Source: Elusimicrobiota bacterium (lineage in GTDB: Bacteria; Elusimicrobiota; Elusimicrobia; F11). Taken from it: a DNA stretch of 18,567 nucleotides. The position numbers and the translations under genes are program-made. The notes beneath the pieces were generated by a model. It made no database searches, had not been told where the DNA came from, and saw only the letters and a list, made by a program, of their open reading frames with translations. The DNA is taken from contig JBJXGI010000102.1 in the NCBI GenBank assembly GCA_046153645.1, positions 1-18,567 on the forward strand. The letters are read 5' to 3'. How positions within the stretch are numbered: the first letter of the stretch is position 1; the number at the start of each line of letters is the position of its first letter. Below, in pieces: positions 16,019 through 18,567 of this stretch.

Positions 16019-17206
16019 ATGGAATACAAACGACTCATCGAACTCATGCTCAGAGATGGAATATCCGATATCCTTTTTAAGCCCGGATCTTGCCCCCTTA
16101 TTAGAGTCAATGGCCAGTTGGTACAAACAAATTTAGAACCCCTTAACGCCACTCAAACAGAAGAAATCGCCAAAAGTCTTTTAACGCCAGAACAACAAAA
16201 AGAATTTTCAGAAAAAAATGAAATGGACGTTGCCTGCACATTAGACGGTGTTAGTCGCTTTAGAGTAAATCTCTATCGACAAAAAGGAAGTATCGCTGTT
16301 GCCTTAAGAACCATTCCTTTAACGTTAAAATCATTTGAAGACTTACATCTTCCTTCGCAAACCCTTAAAAAACTAGTTGCTCAAGGAAGGGGATTGGTAC
16401 TCTTTGCCGGCGTCACCGGGGCTGGAAAAACAACCACCATGAATTCAATCATTAATTATCTAAATACCAACTTCACTTACAATATTATTACCGTTGAAGA
16501 TCCCATTGAATATATCCATACCGATATCAAATCCTCAATCTCACAGAGAGAAATAGGACAAGACACGGCCTCTTTTAAGGCCGCGTTAAAAAATGTTCTC
16601 AGACAAAGCCCCGATGTTATTGCCATCGGTGAAATGAGAGACCCTGAAACCATGGCCGCCGCCCTTTCGGCTGCTGAATCAGGTCACCTGGTTTTATCAA
16701 CCATTCATACATTAGATGCCATTCATGCGGTATCGAGATTGGTAGACGCTTTTCCCCCACACGAACAGAATTCCGTTCGACAACAGGTAGCAGGTGTCGT
16801 AACAGGAATTGTCGCTCAACGACTGGTAAGATCAATTGATGGGAGCCACCGCTATCCTGCCTCTGAAATTCTTATCGGAACAACTTTCATGAAAAGACTT
16901 TTGGCGGAAGGAAGAACAGAAGAGATCTTAAGACACGTCCAACAAGATACTTATTACGGAATGCATACCTTTGATCAGGACCTTGAAAGATTACATTCTC
17001 AAAATTTAATTTCTACTCAAGAAGCGCTAAATCATGCCACCAATCTAGAAGATCTTGCGCTTAAATTGCGTGGGGTTGATCGAGGAATTGTTTCCAACAA
17101 TGGAGACAAACAGATCAATAGCTCAACAACTTCAAGTAAAGACGTAGGGTCTGGTGGAATGGTGATTGACCTACCACAAGCCCCAAAACCTAAAAAAGCC
17201 CCTTAA
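16019..17206 (+). CDS. pilT: Type IV pilus retraction ATPase, PilT/PilU family
   Basis: RFRVN.Y.Q, Walker A GVTGAGKTT, Asp box EDPIE, SQRE.G, LRQSPDVI.IGEMRD (Walker B), His box GHLVLSTIH and GM.TFDQ.L. Confidence 0.92.
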   Translation: MEYKRLIELMLRDGISDILFKPGSCPLIRVNGQLVQTNLEPLNATQTEEIAKSLLTPEQQKEFSEKNEMDVACTLDGVSRFRVNLYRQKGSIAVALRTIPLTLKSFEDLHLPSQTLKKLVAQGRGLVLFAGVTGAGKTTTMNSIINYLNTNFTYNIITVEDPIEYIHTDIKSSISQREIGQDTASFKAALKNVLRQSPDVIAIGEMRDPETMAAALSAAESGHLVLSTIHTLDAIHAVSRLVDAFPPHEQNSVRQQVAGVVTGIVAQRLVRSIDGSHRYPASEILIGTTFMKRLLAEGRTEEILRHVQQDTYYGMHTFDQDLERLHSQNLISTQEALNHATNLEDLALKLRGVDRGIVSNNGDKQINSSTTSSKDVGSGGMVIDLPQAPKPKKAP

Positions 17207-17245
17207 GAAATTCCGAAAACGCTCACCTCAAAGTTGCCATTGGTT

Positions 17246-18567
17246 TTACTTCTTCTCTTTCCATGACACTGCGGCCACTTGTCCTTGGCGCGCATAATCC
17301 GCCGCTTCACCCAAAATTCGAGCCGCTTCTTGTGGCGCATGAAAACCCATAGAATTTTCTGCTGCGATAAAATCAAGACGCCACTGCGCTTTCCGCTGTA
17401 AATCTAAGGCCAATTTCAATTGATCAGGAGTGGCTCCCTGGGCTTTTGCTTTGGAAATCGCATCGAGTTGGTCCGTTAAGGCTTTTGCGGCTCTTTGAAG
17501 CAAATCATGATTTCTTTCTTGAATCACGTCAACTCGGGCTTTTATTTCTTCCTCAGGAATTCGGTGACAAGTTTGGCAAGCCTTATTGATATTTAAAAGA
17601 GGACTGCGCACCCAGTGATCTGAAATCTTTGTAGCGCCGTCTCTCATATAAGGCATATGGCAATCAGCGCATGACACCCCACTGCGAGCGTGAATCCCTT
17701 GACTCCAGAGTTCATATTCGGGGTGTTGCGCTTTTAAAAGTTTGGCCCCCGTTTCTTTATGTTCAAAATCATGAAAGGGTGTTCCATCTTTAAATTTCTT
17801 CTCATTCCAATAGTCTTCTAGATTTTCGGCTTTCAACCCTTTCCCCCAAGGAAACGTTAAGGGCATTTTAGTTCCACAATAATATTCGACATGACATTGG
17901 CCGCAAACAAAAGACCTCATTTCCGTTCGAGAGGCAAGAAGGTTCGGCTCATAGGGCTCTTTTTTAGAGCCCTCTCGCCACCTTTGAATAGAAGGAATAT
18001 GTGGAACAGCGGCGTCTGAAGCCGCCAATTCTTGAATACCTTTAACAAAACCAGGTCGAGTTACTCTCAACCCCATTGTTTTAGGATCATGACAATCAAC
18101 ACAAGACACTGGATGAGCGTGCCCCATATCATGTAATTGTTTGTTCAAGTCTTGATAAGAATATTCATGACTCTTTTCTAACCCTTTATTGGCATCGCCA
18201 TCCCCAAGCTTTCGATAAAGCGGCATGACGGAGGCATGGCAATGTAAACAAGATCCCGATTGAGGTTTTGTGAGGCGTTGTGTGGCTTCTTGATCGGCTA
18301 ACATATATGCGTGCCCACGACGATCTCTATAGTCAATCGAAAACGCATACCCTTGGAAAATGCGTTTAAGCCAGGGATCTCGTTCAATTTTTTGATCCGG
18401 CATGGCTTCACTTCCCCCATGCCCACCAAACCGGGTCCGAGTCGTCTCGGCGGTTAATTTGTAGGAATCATATTCTTTGGGCCAATTAATTCCCCATTTG
18501 GCTGGATCGGTATCATCTTCTCCCACATCAACCAATCGAACATAAGGGCTACGAGCCTCTTTTTTTC
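17246..18567 (-). CDS. nrfA: Pentaheme cytochrome c552 nitrite reductase (ammonia-forming); 5' end lies outside the window
   Basis: Five heme motifs (CLHCH, CVDCH, CGQCH, CADCH, CQTCH), GY.FS.DY...RGH.Y, CHVEYY, the diagnostic KAQHPEYE and ENSMGFHAP. The frame stays open upstream of the track start to the window edge ([14 protein letters not shown]...). Confidence 0.93.
   Translation of the reverse strand, partial: KKEARSPYVRLVDVGEDDTDPAKWGINWPKEYDSYKLTAETTRTRFGGHGGSEAMPDQKIERDPWLKRIFQGYAFSIDYRDRRGHAYMLADQEATQRLTKPQSGSCLHCHASVMPLYRKLGDGDANKGLEKSHEYSYQDLNKQLHDMGHAHPVSCVDCHDPKTMGLRVTRPGFVKGIQELAASDAAVPHIPSIQRWREGSKKEPYEPNLLASRTEMRSFVCGQCHVEYYCGTKMPLTFPWGKGLKAENLEDYWNEKKFKDGTPFHDFEHKETGAKLLKAQHPEYELWSQGIHARSGVSCADCHMPYMRDGATKISDHWVRSPLLNINKACQTCHRIPEEEIKARVDVIQERNHDLLQRAAKALTDQLDAISKAKAQGATPDQLKLALDLQRKAQWRLDFIAAENSMGFHAPQEAARILGEAADYARQGQVAAVSWKEKK

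Noticed and set aside
10118..16835. Shadow ORFs within sir, birA, nadC, HD-GYP and pilT, plus 14447..14650 spanning the divergent intergenic region
   Set aside because: None has recognisable protein features. 14447..14650 overlaps the nadC start and the predicted promoter.
17207..17245. Expected bidirectional terminator between convergent pilT and nrfA
   Set aside because: No convincing GC-rich stem-loop with a T-tract is present in the 39-bp gap.
1..18567. CRISPR arrays, tRNA/rRNA, IS elements, prophage or defence genes
   Set aside because: No direct-repeat arrays, RNA gene signatures, transposase or integrase ORFs were seen. Intergenic gaps are all under 200 bp and coding density is very high.

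Overview
AT-rich bacterial chromosomal window made mostly of housekeeping and energy-metabolism genes. No mobile elements, CRISPR arrays or RNA genes were seen. Left minus-strand operon, in transcription order: a 59-aa Bd0055-like bacterial histone-fold gene absent from the ORF track (9139..9318), ubiE/menG, nuoA-B-C-D-H-I-J-K, a PilZ-domain gene, nuoL and nuoM (cut by the window edge). This complex I locus is unusual in four ways: it has no nuoEFG, NuoL carries a ~27-aa tandem duplication in its lateral helix (the hallmark of '2M' complex I), NuoH has a ~90-aa N-terminal extension, and a candidate c-di-GMP receptor is translationally coupled inside the membrane-arm genes. Upstream on the same strand lie nadC, birA, a CysM-like cysteine synthase, a Mec/JAB protease and a siroheme sulfite/nitrite reductase. 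Divergently transcribed are a GAF-HD-GYP phosphodiesterase and a PilT/PilU ATPase. These converge on a 5'-truncated pentaheme NrfA whose active-site heme motif is CxxCH rather than CxxCK. The histone and gene content would fit Elusimicrobiota or Bdellovibrionota-like organisms, but taxonomy cannot be determined from this window.
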